A stretch of 64,000 nt of DNA from Lama guanicoe (taxonomy: Eukaryota): positions 3,501,130 through 3,565,129 of the forward strand of contig MU054391.1 in assembly GCA_013239625.1 (NCBI GenBank), read 5' to 3'. The notes beneath the pieces are model-generated. The model did not search any database. It was not told the origin of the DNA and saw only the letters and a list, made by a program, of their open reading frames with translations. Both the position numbers and the translations under genes were made by a program. Shown here one piece after another: positions 63,891 through 64,000 of this stretch; within the stretch, counting starts at the first letter, position 1, and each line of letters begins with the position of its first letter.

Positions 63891-64000
63891 TAAGGGTCTG
63901 GACAAATCGTAAAGATCACGTAAAATAAAGAAGGTGAATCATCTAGCACAGTGTCTAGTACACTTATTTGCTTTAAAGATAAAAGCTGTTATTGGTTTTA

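Overview
This is AT-rich mammalian non-coding DNA (an intergenic region or a large intron) with local CpG-rich patches. It is most likely from a camelid, because it carries two tRNA-Ala(AGC)-derived vic-1-type SINEs and six short cetartiodactyl-type L1 3' ends. I found no protein-coding gene, functional RNA gene or CRISPR array. The ORF-track entries are chance ORFs, antisense readings of repeats, or products of a stop-free minisatellite. Much of the window is interspersed repeat: L1M fragments, L2, MIR, MLT1 LTRs, MER53, MER5 and one ERV-like solo LTR. The most notable observations are: an old L1 with a strong A/T-to-G/C shift and CpG excess (candidate GC-biased gene conversion tract); a 16 x 20-bp minisatellite with Kozak ATGs that is open in all three + frames; a solo LTR with duplicated U3 motifs; clustered truncation points of young L1 3' ends; several well-formed + strand candidate exons of a possible lncRNA; and repeat-free enhancer-like blocks. 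I cannot support a genuinely new biological system from the sequence alone. Repeat family names come from recalled consensus sequences, and boundaries are approximate unless stated.
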